Shown piece after piece: positions 1-11,475 of a stretch of 64,000 nucleotides of DNA. The notes beneath the pieces are model-generated. The model saw only the letters and a program-made list of their open reading frames with translations. It was not told the origin of the DNA and did no database searches. How positions within the stretch are numbered: position 1 is the stretch's first letter; every line of letters starts with the position of its first letter. Both the position numbers and the translations under genes were made by a program. Origin of the DNA: Squalus acanthias (lineage: Eukaryota); NCBI GenBank assembly GCA_030390025.1, contig CM059443.1, forward strand, positions 48,608,001 through 48,672,000. Direction: 5' to 3'.

Positions 1-172
1 TATCTGATCAATCAGACAATGCAACTTAAAAGTTTGAGATAATTACACACTCACTGGGGTTTACACACTTTGAAAATTCACTCCATCAGACCTTAAATCA
101 ATAAATGCTGATTTAATAACGTTGCTTAATCCACGACCTGCATTCTATTTGTAACAAGGGCCAGAATTGCAG

Positions 173-300
173 ACTTACCTGACCGCTCAGCTGCTGAACA
201 GAGACTGACTGGGCTCCGAAGTTCACTCCAGCTCCAGGGTGTGGTTTTTAAATACCAGCTGACTGTGGCCACATCAACAGTCACTGATTTCCCCACCCCT
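173..300 (-). promoter_or_regulatory. Putative TATA-type promoter and short non-coding first exon of the next minus-strand gene (possibly ANXA2 by synteny)
   Basis: The minus strand reads GGGGTGGGG (GT box), then TATTTAAA (247-254), then about 70 nt without ATG, then CAG|GTAAGT (donor at 179/178). ANXA2 lies directly downstream of ICE2 on the same strand in human and has a non-coding exon 1, so the identity is inference only. Confidence 0.45.
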
Positions 301-1255
301 CGCCGAGCACAGCAACAAATCCACTCCATCATTTCCCATCGCAAGTATGATTCTTAAATCAGCGGAATGACTGAACCTGAAACTGAAGGTCGCCTCAATC
401 CTCCCTTCCTAAAGGTGGGAAAAAATACCCCCCAAAATACAAACTATTCTGCTATTGTGGATTTGAAGCTGGTATTTCAGAATTTGAAAGCGCTCTCTAA
501 TTAAGACTGGTTAAGAGGCACATTCCTCTTGCATTTTATACATTTGTTGCTGATTCCCCCCCCCCTATTTCCAAATGTGTGCCATTTTCTCCCAGAGACT
601 GACTGTAGGACCTAGGCTCGCAGTGTTCCTCAGTGAGTCCCCACGCCTAACAGCCCTGCCTGCAAACCACAGAATTCTGCTCATTGCTGTAACCTCAGGC
701 AGAGGGAGTAAGCTGCTGAGCGTTCCCACTGCCCCTCCACACAGCAGTCTGTGTGCAAACACAATCTCCGTCTTCAGATCCCAAAACCTTCAGAAGATCA
801 TTTGACCTACTTTCCTGTAACAACCAGGATAACAAGACTGATTGACTTCGTTTCTTTAGTCCGCACGTAACTGTGAAAGTCAGTCTGGATAAGTTTGAAG
901 CTAAAGACTTGTCTTAGCTGAAACTGGGAGCTTTACTGTGGGGCCCTGTTACAGGGAATAAGTTAGCATTGAAAGAAATACTGTACAGATAGTTAAATAC
1001 TGTACGGGGACAGCAATGTATCTCAGAATCCCCAGTAACGTGAAATGCACAACACCCCTATCCAATACTCCTTCAGATCCCCTTTCGTGATTAAGGTTTT
1101 TTAATTTCATTTTTTGCCAGTCCACACATTGTGAAAAGTTGTTACACCCGAGCGGGACAGATATCTCGTTCTCTGCATCATAAACTGCAAATCACAGGGC
1201 CACTGGGAAATCTTGGCCAGAGGGGGAACAGAGCCAGTGACTGGAGGAGAGGAGG

Positions 1256-4200
1256 ACACTGCCAGTGAACCGGGGGAGGGGAGACACTGCCAGTGAACCG
1301 GAGAGGGGCAAACACTGCCAGTGAACTGGGGAGGAGCAAACACTGCCAGTGAACTGGGGGCGGGGTAAACACTGCCAGTGAACCGGGGAGGGGCAAACAC
1401 TGCCAGTGAACTGGGGGAGGGGTAAACACTGCCAGTGAACTGGGGGAGGGGTAAACACTGCCAGTGAACCGGGGAGGGGCAAACACTGCCAGTGAACTGG
1501 GGGAGGGGTAAACACTGCCAGTGAACTGGGGGAGGGGTAAACACTGCCAGTGAACCGGGGAGGGGCAAACACTGCCAGTGAACCGGGGAGGGGCAAACAC
1601 TGCCAGTGAACCGGGGAGGGGCAAACACTGCCAGTGAACTGGGGAGGGGCAAACACTGCCAGTGAACCGGGGAGGGGCAAACACTGCCAGTGAACTGGGA
1701 GGGGCAAACACTGCCAGTGAACCGGGGAGGGGCAAACACTGCCAGTGAACCGGGGAGGGGCAAACACTGCCAGTGAACTGGGGGAGGGGCAAACACTGCC
1801 AGTGAACCGGGGAGGGGAAACACTGCCAGTGAACTGGGGGAGGGGGAAACACTGCCAGTGAACTGGGGGAGGGGGACACTGCCAGTGAACTGGGGGAGGG
1901 GGACACTGCCAGTGAACTGGGGGAGGGGAAACACTGCCAGTGAACTGGGGGAGGGGACACAGCCAGTGAACTGCGGGAGGGGAGACACTGCCAGTGAACC
2001 GGGGAGGGGCAAACACTGCCAGTGAACCGGGGGAGGGGGAAACACTGCCAGTGAACTGGGGGAGGGGAGACACTGCCAGTGAACCGGGGGAGGGGGAAAC
2101 ACTGCCAGTGAACTGGGGGAGGGGGAAACACTGCCAGTGAACTGGGGAGGGGAAACACTGCCAGTGAACTGGGGAGGGGACACTGCCAGTGAACTGGGGG
2201 AGGGGAGACACTGTCAGTGAACTGGGGGAGGGGAGACACTGCCAGTGAACTGGGGGAGGGGACACTGCCAGTGAACTGGGGGAGGGGAGACACTGCCAGT
2301 GAACTGGGGGAGGGGACACTGCCAGTGAACTGGGGGAGGGGACACTGCCAGTGAACTGGGGGAGGGGGACACTGCCAGTGAACTGGGGGAGGGGACACTG
2401 CCAGTGAACTGGGGGAGGGGAAACATTGCCAGTGAACTGGGGGAGGGGACACGGCCAGTGAACTGGGGGAGGGGAGACACTGCCAGTGAACTGGGGGAGG
2501 GGAGACACTGCCAGTGAACTGGGGGAGGGGGACACTGCCAGTGAACTGGGGGAGGGGGACACTGCCAGTGAACTGGGGGAGGGGAGACACTGCCAATGAA
2601 CTGGGGGAGGGGACACTGCCAGTGAACTGGGGGAGGGGACACTGCCAGTGAACTGGGGGAGGGGACACTGCCAGTGAACTGGGGGAGGGGAGACACTGCC
2701 AGTGAACTGGGGGAGGGGACACTGTCAGTGAACTGGGGGTGGGAAACACTGCCAGTGAACTGGGGGAGGGGACACTGCCAGTGAACTGGGGGAGGGAAAC
2801 ACTGCCAGTGAACTGGGGGAGGGAAACACTGCCAGTGAACTGGGGGAGGGGGACACTGCCAGTGAACTGGGGGAGGGGGACACTGCCAGTGAACTGGGGG
2901 AGGGGACACTGCCAGTGAACTGGGGAAAGGGGGGACACTGCCAGTGAACTGGGGAAAGGGGGACACTGCCAGTGAACTGGGGAAAGGGGGACACTGCCAG
3001 TGAACTGGGGGAGGGGGACACTGCCAGTGAACGGGTGAGGGGACACTGCCAGTGAACTGGGGGAGGGGGACACTGCCAGTGAACTGGGGGAGGGGGACAC
3101 TGCCAGTGAACTGGGGGAGGGGGACACTGCCAGTGAACTGGGGGAGGGGGACACTGCCAGTGAACGGGTGAGGGGACACTGCCAGTGAACTGGGGGAGGG
3201 GGACACTGCCAGTGAACTGGGGGAGGGGGACACTGCCAGTGAACTGGGGGAGGGGGACACTGCCAGTGAACTGGGGGAGGGGACACTGCCAGTGAACTGG
3301 GGGAGGGGACACTGTCAGTGAACTGGGGGAGGGGACACTGTCAGTGAACTGGGAGAGGGAAACACTGCCAGTGAACTGGGGGAGGGGAAACACTGTCAGT
3401 GAATGGGGGAGGGGACACTGTCAGTGAATGGGGGAGGGGACACTGCCAGTGAACTGGGGAAAGGGGGACACTGCCAGTGAACTGGGGGAGGGGAAACACT
3501 GCCAGTGAACTGGGGGAGGGGACACTGCCAGTGAACTGGGGGAGGGGACACTGCCAGTGAACTGGGGGAGGGGGACACTGCCAGTGAACTGGGGGAGCGG
3601 GGACACTGTCAGTGAACTGGGGGAGGGGGACATTGTCAGTGAACTGGGGGAGGGGGACACTGTCAGTGAACTGGGGGAGGGAACACTGCCAGTGAATGGG
3701 GGAGGGGAGACACTGCCAGTGAACTGGGGGAGGGGACACTGTCAGTGAACTGGGGGAGGGAGACACTGCCAGTGAACTGGGGAAGGGGAGACACTGCCAG
3801 TGAACTGGGGGAGGGGACACTGTCAGTGAACTGGGGGAGGGGACACTGTCAGTGAACTGGGAGAGGGAAACACTGCCAGTGAACTGGGGGAGGGGAAACA
3901 CTGTCAGTGAATGGGGGAGGGGACACTGTCAGTGAATGGGGGAGGGGACACTGCCAGTGAACTGGGGAAAGGGGGACACTGCCAGTGAACTGGGGGTGGG
4001 AAACACTGCCAGTGAACTGGGGGAGGGGACACTGCCAGTGAACTAGGGGAGGGGACACTGCCAGTGAACTGGGGAAAGGGGGACACTGCCAGTGAACTGG
4101 GCGAGGGGAGACACTGCCAGTGAACTGGGGAAAGGGGGACACTGCCAGTGAACTGGGGAAAGGGGGACACTGCCAGTGAACTGGGGAAAGGGGGACACTG

Positions 4201-6220
4201 CCAGTGAACTGGGGGAGGGGGACACTGCCAGTGAACGGGTGAGGGGACACTGCCAGTGAACTGGGGAAAGGGGGACACTGCCAGTGAACTGGGGAAAGGG
4301 GGACACTGCCAGTGAACTGGGGAAAGGGGGACACTGCCAGTGAACTGGGGGAGGGGACACTGTCAGTGAACTGGGGGAGGGGAAACACTGTCAGTGAATG
4401 GGGGAGGGGACACTGTCAGTGAATGGGGGAGGGGACACTGCCAGTGAACTGGGGAAAGGGGGACACTGCCAGTGAACTGGGGAAAGGGGGACACTGCCAG
4501 TGAACTGGGGGAGGGGACACTGCCAGTGAAATGGGGAAAGGGGGACACTGCCAGTGAACTGGGGGAGGGGACACTGCCAGTGAACTGGGGGAGGGGACAC
4601 TGCCAGTGAACTGGGGAAAGGGGGACACTGCCAGTGAACTGGGCGAGGGGAGACACTGCCAGTGAACTGGGGAAAGGGGGACACTGCCAGTGAACTGGGG
4701 AAAGGGGGACACTGCCAGTGAACTGGGGAAAGGGGGACACTGCCAGTGAACTGGGGGAGGGGGACACTGCCAGTGAACGGGTGAGGGGACACTGCCAGTG
4801 AACTGGGGAAAGGGGGACACTGCCAGTGAACTGGGGAAAGGGGGACACTGCCAGTGAACTGGGGAAAGGGGGACACTGCCAGTGAACTGGGGGAGGGGGG
4901 ACACTGCCAGTGAACTGGGGGAGGGGGACACTGCCAGTGAACTGGGGGAGGGGGACACTGCCAGTGAACTGGGGGAGGGGGGACACTGCCAGTGAACTGG
5001 GGGAGGGGGACACTGCCAGTGAACGGGTGAGGGGACACTGCCAGTGAACTGGGGGAGGGGGACACTGCCAGTGAACTGGGGGAGGGGGACACTGCCAGTG
5101 AACTGGGGGAGGGGGACACTGCCAGTGAACTGGGGGAGGGGACACTGCCAGTGAACTGGGGAAAGGGGGACACTGCCAGTGAACTGGGGAAAGGGGGACA
5201 CTGCCAGTGAACTGGGGAAAGGGGGACACTGCCAGTGAACTGGGGAGGGGAGACACTGCCAGTGAACTGGGGGAGGGGACACTGTCAGTGAACTGGGGGA
5301 GGGAGACACTGCCAGTGAACTGGGGGAGGGGAGACACTGCCAGTGAACTGGGGGAGGGGACACTGTCAGTGAACTGGGGGAGGGGACACTGTCAGTGAAC
5401 TGGGAGAGGGAAACACTGCCAGTGAACTGGGGGAGGGGAAACACTGTCAGTGAATGGGGGAGGGGACACTGTCAGTGAATGGGGGAGGGGACACTGCCAG
5501 TGAACTGGGGAAAGGGGGACACTGCCAGTGAACTGGGGGAGGGGAAACACTGCCAGTGAACTGGGGGAGGGGACACTGCCAGTGAACTGGGGGAGGGGAC
5601 ACTGCCAGTGAACTGGGGAAAGGGGGACACTGCCAGTGAACTGGGCGAGGGGAGACACTGCCAGTGAACTGGGGAAAGGGGGACACTGCCAGTGAACTGG
5701 GGAAAGGGGGACACTGCCAGTGAATTGGGGAAAGGGGGACACTGCCAGTGAACTGGGGGAGGGGGACACTGCCAGTGAACGGGTGAGGGGACACTGCCAG
5801 TGAACTGGGGAAAGGGGGACACTGCCAGTGAACTGGGGAAAGGGGGACACTGCCAGTGAACTGGGGAAAGGGGGACACTGCCAGTGAACTGGGGGAGGGG
5901 GGACACTGCCAGTGAACTGGGGGAGGGGGGACACTGCCAGTGAACTGGGGGAGGGGGACACTGCCAGTGAACTGGGGGAGGGGGACACTGCCAGTGAACT
6001 GGGGGAGGGGGGACACTGCCAGTGAACTGGGGGAGGGGGACACTGCCAGTGAACGGGTGAGGGGACACTGCCAGTGAACTGGGGGAGGGGGACACTGCCA
6101 GTGAACTGGGGGAGGGGGACACTGCCAGTGAACTGGGGGAGGGGACACTGCCAGTGAACTGGGGAAAGGGGGACACTGCCAGTGAACTGGGGAAAGGGGG
6201 ACACTGCCAGTGAACTGGGG
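1256..6220. repeat. G-rich minisatellite, 26-28 bp unit ACACTGCCAGTGAACTGGGGGAGGGG(G), left part
   Basis: Directly visible tandem array of about 5 kb. It produces the PPPVHWQC/PQFTGSV/SSLAVS pseudo-ORFs. Confidence 0.97.
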
Positions 6221-6461
6221 AACATAAGAACATAAGAACATAAGAAATAGGAGCAGGAGTAGGCCAATCGGCCCATCGAGCCTGCTCCGCCATTCAATAA
6301 GATCATGGCTGATCTGATCCTAACCGCCAATCTACTATCTATCACAGAAACATCTCCTGCATCTAACAGAATTGCACACACGAAATAGGAGCAGAATCAG
6401 GCTACACAGTCCCTGGGCCCGCTCCACTACCCACAGGGCCATGACCGATCCGAACCTAGAC

Positions 6462-9413
6462 TCATGTCCAAATTCCTGCCCGCTCCCCGTAACCCTTAAT
6501 GCCCTTTACTTCTAGGAAACTGTCTATTTCTGTTTTAAATTTAATTAATGTTGTAGCTTCTACAGCTTTTTGTGGCAGCATATTCCATGGACCTACCACC
6601 CTCTGAGTGAAGTAGTTCCTCCTCATCTCAGTTTTGAAAGAGCAGCCCCTTATTCTAAGACTATGTCCCCTAGTTCTCGTCTCACCCGTCATCGGGAACA
6701 TCCTCCCCGCATCCACCCGATCCAACCCCTTCACAATCTTATATGTTTCAATAAGATCGCCTCTCATTCTTCTGAACTCCAATGAGTAGAGTCCCAATCT
6801 ACCCAACCTCTCCTCATATGACCACCCCCTCATCTCCGGGATTAACCGAGTGAACCTTTTTTGCACTGCCTCGAGAGCAAGGATGTCTTTCCTTAAGTAA
6901 GGACACCAAAACTGTATGCAGTATTCCAGGTGCGGTCTCACCAATACCTTGTACAACTGAAGCAATACCTCCCTATTTTTATATTCTATCCCCCTAGCAA
7001 TGAAAGCCAACATTCCATTTGCCTTCTTAATCACTTGCTGCACCTGCATACTAACCTTTTGAGTTTCGTGCACCAGGACCCCCAGATCCCTTTGCACTTC
7101 AGTACTCTCCAGTTTCTTGCCATTAAGATAATAAATTGCTCTAGGATTTTTCCTGCCAAAGTGCATCACCTCACACTTTCCAGTGCTGTATTCCATCTGC
7201 CAAATCTCTGCCCACTTACTTAGCCTGTCTATGTCCCCTTGCAGGTTTTTTATGTCCTCCTCACTCACTACTTTCCCTCCCATCTTTGTATCATCTGCAA
7301 ATTTTGATATGTTACACTTGGTCCCTTCCTCCAAATCGTTAATATAGATTGTGAAGAGTTGGGGACCCAGCACTGACCCCTGTGGAACACCACTAGTCAC
7401 TGATTGCCAGTCCGAGAATGAACCATTTATCCCAACTCTTTGCTTTCTGTTAGATAGCCAATCCTCTATCCATGCCAGAATATTACCCCCAATCCCGTGA
7501 TTTTTTACCTTAAGCAATAATCTTTTGTGTGGCACCTTGTCAAATGCCTTTTGGAAGTCTAAATACACTACGTCCACTGGTTCCCCTTTATCCACTCTAT
7601 ATGTTACTTCCTCAAAGAACTCCAGCAAATTTGTCAAACATGACTTCCCCTTCGTAAAACCATGCTGACTTTGTCCTATTAAATTATGATTATCCAAATG
7701 TCTTGTTACTGTTTCCTTAATAATGGACTCCAAAATTTTACCTACCACAGATGTTAGGCTAACCGGTCTATAGTTACCAGCCTTCTGTCTACTGCCCTTT
7801 TTAAATAAGGGTGTTACATTAGCAGTTTTCCAGTCTGCCGGGACCTTAGCGGAATCCAGGGAGTTTTGAAAAATTATTACCAATGCATCTACAATCCCTA
7901 CCGCCACTTCCTTCAAGACTCTAGGATGTAAGCCATCAGGTCCAGGTGATTTATCCGCCTTGAGTCCCATTATTTTACCGAGTACCACTTCCTTAGTGAT
8001 TTTGATCGTGTTTAGCTCCTCTCCCCCTATAGCCCCCTGTTTGTCCAGTGTTGGGATATTCTTAGTGTCCTCTACTGTAAAGACTGATACAAAATATTCA
8101 TTCAGTGTTTTTGCCATCTCCATATTTCCCACCATTAATTTCCCGGTCTCATCCTCTAAGGGACCAACATTTACTTTAGCCACCCTTTTTCTTTTTATAT
8201 AACTATAAAAACTCTTACTATCTGTTTTTATATTTTTTGCTAATTTACTTTCATAATCTATCTTCCCTTTCTTAATCAATCTTTTTGTTATTTTTTGCTG
8301 CCTTTTAAAGTTTTCCCAATCCTCTGTCCTCCCACTAGATTTCGCTACCTTATATGCCCTTGTTTTTAGTCGAATACTATCCTTAATTTCTTTACTTAGC
8401 CACGGATGACTGTCCTTTCTTTTACACCCTTTTCTTTTCAGTGGAATATATTTTTTTTGGAAGTTGTAAAATAACTCCTTGAATGTACACCACTGATCAT
8501 GTGTCGTCTTACCCTTTAATCTATTTTCCCAATCCACTCTACTCAATTCCGCTCGCATACCTTCATAGTCTCCTTTATTCAAGCTTAGCACGCTTGTTTG
8601 AGATCCAACCTTCTCACCCTCTAATTGAATATGGAATTCAACCATGTTATGGTCACTCATTCCAAGGGGATCCTTTACTAGGACATTTTTAATTAATCCT
8701 GTCTCGTTACACAGGACCAGATCTAAGGTTGCTTGCCCCCTGGTCGGTTCAGTTACATACTGCTCAAGAAACCCATCCCTAATACACTCAATGAACTCAT
8801 CCTCAAGGCAGCCCTGCCCCATTTGATTTGTCCAATTAATATGATAGTTAAAATCCCCCATAATTATAGATGTTCCCTTATTACATGCCTCAACTATTTC
8901 CTGATTGATACTCCGTCCAATAGAGTTGCAACTGTTCGGAGGCCTATAGACTACGCCCACTAATGTTTTTTTCCCCTTATTATTCCATATCTCCACCCAA
9001 ACTGTTTCATTATCATGATTTTTTGACCCAATAACATTACTCTGTATTACAGTGATTCCTTCCTTTATTAACATAGCCACCCCACCTCCCCTTCCTTCCT
9101 GCCTGTCCTTCCTGATCGTTAAATAACCTGGTATGTTTAATTCCCAGGCATTGTCACCCTGCAGCCATGTTTCTGTAATGGCCACAATATCATAACCATA
9201 TGTAGTTATTTGTGCCATTAACTCGTCTATTTTGTTACGAATGCTACGTGCATTCAGATAGAGAACTTTCAAATATGCTTTGTGGCACTTAGTTCCTGCT
9301 TTTTCACTTTTTACCAGTTTACCTTTTACTCCACACACTCTGTCCCTTCCTGCCACGCTCTGATTTGTGATTCCCCTACTGCTACCTATGTCTATGACCC
9401 TCTCTGTTGTCAT
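6462..9413 (-). CDS. CR1 ORF2: APE endonuclease plus reverse transcriptase (983 aa)
   Basis: EN motifs YLNARS, ITETWL, VYRPP, MGDFN, LDL, SDH. RT motifs [44 protein letters not shown]1 C-terminus VRPHLEY...RRMRGDLI. Confidence 0.97.
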   Translation of the reverse strand: MTTERVIDIGSSRGITNQSVAGRDRVCGVKGKLVKSEKAGTKCHKAYLKVLYLNARSIRNKIDELMAQITTYGYDIVAITETWLQGDNAWELNIPGYLTIRKDRQEGRGGGVAMLIKEGITVIQSNVIGSKNHDNETVWVEIWNNKGKKTLVGVVYRPPNSCNSIGRSINQEIVEACNKGTSIIMGDFNYHINWTNQMGQGCLEDEFIECIRDGFLEQYVTEPTRGQATLDLVLCNETGLIKNVLVKDPLGMSDHNMVEFHIQLEGEKVGSQTSVLSLNKGDYEGMRAELSRVDWENRLKGKTTHDQWCTFKELFYNFQKKYIPLKRKGCKRKDSHPWLSKEIKDSIRLKTRAYKVAKSSGRTEDWENFKRQQKITKRLIKKGKIDYESKLAKNIKTDSKSFYSYIKRKRVAKVNVGPLEDETGKLMVGNMEMAKTLNEYFVSVFTVEDTKNIPTLDKQGAIGGEELNTIKITKEVVLGKIMGLKADKSPGPDGLHPRVLKEVAVGIVDALVIIFQNSLDSAKVPADWKTANVTPLFKKGSRQKAGNYRPVSLTSVVGKILESIIKETVTRHLDNHNLIGQSQHGFTKGKSCLTNLLEFFEEVTYRVDKGEPVDVVYLDFQKAFDKVPHKRLLLKVKNHGIGGNILAWIEDWLSNRKQRVGINGSFSDWQSVTSGVPQGSVLGPQLFTIYINDLEEGTKCNISKFADDTKMGGKVVSEEDIKNLQGDIDRLSKWAEIWQMEYSTGKCEVMHFGRKNPRAIYYLNGKKLESTEVQRDLGVLVHETQKVSMQVQQVIKKANGMLAFIARGIEYKNREVLLQLYKVLVRPHLEYCIQFWCPYLRKDILALEAVQKRFTRLIPEMRGWSYEERLGRLGLYSLEFRRMRGDLIETYKIVKGLDRVDAGRMFPMTGETRTRGHSLRIRGCSFKTEMRRNYFTQRVVGPWNMLPQKAVEATTLIKFKTEIDSFLEVKGIKGYGERAGIWT

Positions 9414-9451
9414 TTTTATTTTTTGCTCTCTTGAAACCTCCCCCCCACTAA

Positions 9452-10408
9452 TTAGTTTAAAGCCCTCTCCACAGCCCTAGTTATTCGATTCGCCAGGACA
9501 CTAGTCCCAGCACTGGCCAAGTGAAGTCCGTCCCAACGGAACAGCTCTCTCCTGCCCCAGTACTGGTGCCAGTGTCCCAAGAAGCAAAACCCATTTTTCC
9601 CACACCAGTCTTTGAGCCACGCATTCAACTCCCTGATTTTATTTACCCTAGCCAAATTTGCTCGTGGCTCAGGTAGTAATCCAGAGATTATTACCCTCGA
9701 GGTTCTGCTTTTTAATTTGGCCCCTAGCTGCTCAAACTCCCTCAGCAGAACCTCTTTCCTTGTCCTATCTATGTCATTGGTACCAACATGGACCACTACA
9801 ACTGGATCCTCCCCCTCCCACTCCAAGTTTCTCTCCAGCCCAGAGGAGATGTCCTTAACCCTGGCACCGGGCAGGCAACACAGCCTTCGGGACTCTCGCT
9901 CTTGGCTGCAAAGAACCCTATCTATCCCCTTAATGATACTATCCCCTACCACTACAACATTTCTTTTTACTCCCCCCACTTGAATGGCCCCCCTTACCAC
10001 GGTGCTGTGGCCAGGTTGCTCATCCTCCCTGCAGTCCCCGCTCCTATCCACACAGGGAGTAAGAGCCTCGAACCTGTTGGACAAGAGCAAGGGCTGCGGC
10101 TCCTCCAACACTACCTCCTGGATCCCTGTACCTGCCTCACTCGTAGTCACACCTTCCTGTCCCTGACCACGGGCTACTTCTGAATTAGTTACTCTAATTG
10201 GTGTGACTACCTCCTGAAACACGGAGTCCAGGTAACTCTCCCCCTCCCTGATGTGTCGCAGTGTTTGAAGCTCGGACTCCAGCTCATCAACACGGAGCCG
10301 GAGTTCCTCGAGCAGCCAACACTTACTGCAAATGTGTTCACCGTGAACATCAATGGTGTCCACCAGCTCCCACATATTGCAGCAGTAACACATCACCTGC
10401 TCTCCCAT
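9452..10408 (-). CDS. CR1 ORF1: zinc finger, coiled coil and SGNH esterase (318 aa)
   Basis: CxxC...CxxC (CYCC...CSKC), leucine-zipper LEELRLRVDELESELQTL, SNRFEAL, GDSI, LPGA, HVGTND, DGLHL. Confidence 0.95.
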   Translation of the reverse strand: MGEQVMCYCCNMWELVDTIDVHGEHICSKCWLLEELRLRVDELESELQTLRHIREGESYLDSVFQEVVTPIRVTNSEVARGQGQEGVTTSEAGTGIQEVVLEEPQPLLLSNRFEALTPCVDRSGDCREDEQPGHSTVVRGAIQVGGVKRNVVVVGDSIIKGIDRVLCSQERESRRLCCLPGARVKDISSGLERNLEWEGEDPVVVVHVGTNDIDRTRKEVLLREFEQLGAKLKSRTSRVIISGLLPEPRANLARVNKIRELNAWLKDWCGKNGFCFLGHWHQYWGRRELFRWDGLHLASAGTSVLANRITRAVERALN

Positions 10409-10514
10409 TCTATGTAATTAATTAAAAATGTATTATTTACTGTTCAGTTAATTTATGCCAGCAGTCTCTGCTACACCACAGATACCCGAGAAACAATAAA
10501 ATTGAAGTTTTGTA

Positions 10515-10547
<33 letters not shown>

Positions 10548-10700
10548 TACTCACCAACCAATCACTTACCTGCTTTCTGGTGATGTCACACTTCGATTAT
10601 TTTTTACCTCTCTCCTGCTCTCGGCTTGGTGAAAGCCTATCTGGTCGCTGCCGCCTTTTACCGCCGCCGCCTCGCCGCTGTTGCTCCACCCAGGTCCGCC

Positions 10701-11475
10701 TCACTCTCCGTCCTGTGACAGTTTGTTCTGAGTCTCCTCTCTCTGTCCTGTGGCAGTTTGTTCTGAGTCTCCTCACTCTCTGTCCTGTGGCAGTTTGTAA
10801 TGATTCTCCTCACTCTCTGTCCTGTGACAGTTTGTTCTGAGTCTCCTCACTCTCTGTCCTGTGACAGTTTGTTCTGAGTCTCCTCACTCTGTCCTGTGGC
10901 AGTTTGTTCTGAGTCTCCTCACTCTCTGTCCTGTGGCAGTTTGTTCTGAGTCTCCTCACTCTCTGTCCTGTGACAGTTTGTTCTGAGTCTCCTCACTCTC
11001 TGTCCTGTGACAGTTTGTTCTGAGTCTCCTCACTCTGTCCTGTGGCAGTTTGTTCTGAGTCTCCTCACTCTGTCCTGTGGCAGTTTGTTCTGAGTCTCCT
11101 CACTCTCTGTCCTGTGGCAGTTTGTTCTGAGTCTCCTCACTCTCTGTCCTGTGACAGTTTGTTCTGAGTCTCCTCACTCTCTGTCCTGTGACAGTTTGTT
11201 CTGAGTCTCCTCACTCTGTCCTGTGGCAGTTTGTTCTGAGTCTCCTCACTCTGTCCTGTGGCAGTTTGTTCTGAGTCTCCTCACTCTCTGTCCTGTGGCA
11301 GTTTGTTCTGAGTCTCCTCACTCTCTGTCCTGTGGCAGTTTGTTCTGAGTCTCCTCACTCTCTGTCCTGTGACAGTTTGTTCTGAGTCTCCTCACTCTGT
11401 CCTGTGGCAGTTTGTTCTGAGTCTCCTCACTCTGTCCTGTGGCAGTTTGTTCTGAGTCTCCTCACTCTCTGTCCT
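10701..11475. repeat. 35/37-bp tandem array CTCCTCACTCTCTGTCCTGTGGCAGTTTGTTCTGAGT (about 21 units) abutting the CR1 5' end
   Basis: Directly visible. The first unit grades into the CR1 5'UTR (CCTCACTCTCCGTCCTGTGACAG). Confidence 0.95.

Larger units (their letters stand above)
6221..10700 (-). mobile_element. Full-length, apparently intact CR1-clade LINE
   Basis: 3' tail reads (AACATAAG)3 at 6221-6244 on the plus strand, followed by the 3'UTR, uninterrupted ORF2 and ORF1, and a GC-rich 5'UTR to about 10700. Inserted within the G-rich minisatellite. Confidence 0.95.

Noticed and set aside
1107-6381. Long Pro-rich ORFs (up to 702 aa) in all three minus frames
   Set aside because: They are translations of a stop-free minisatellite with frequent unit-length frameshifts, and there is no gene structure.
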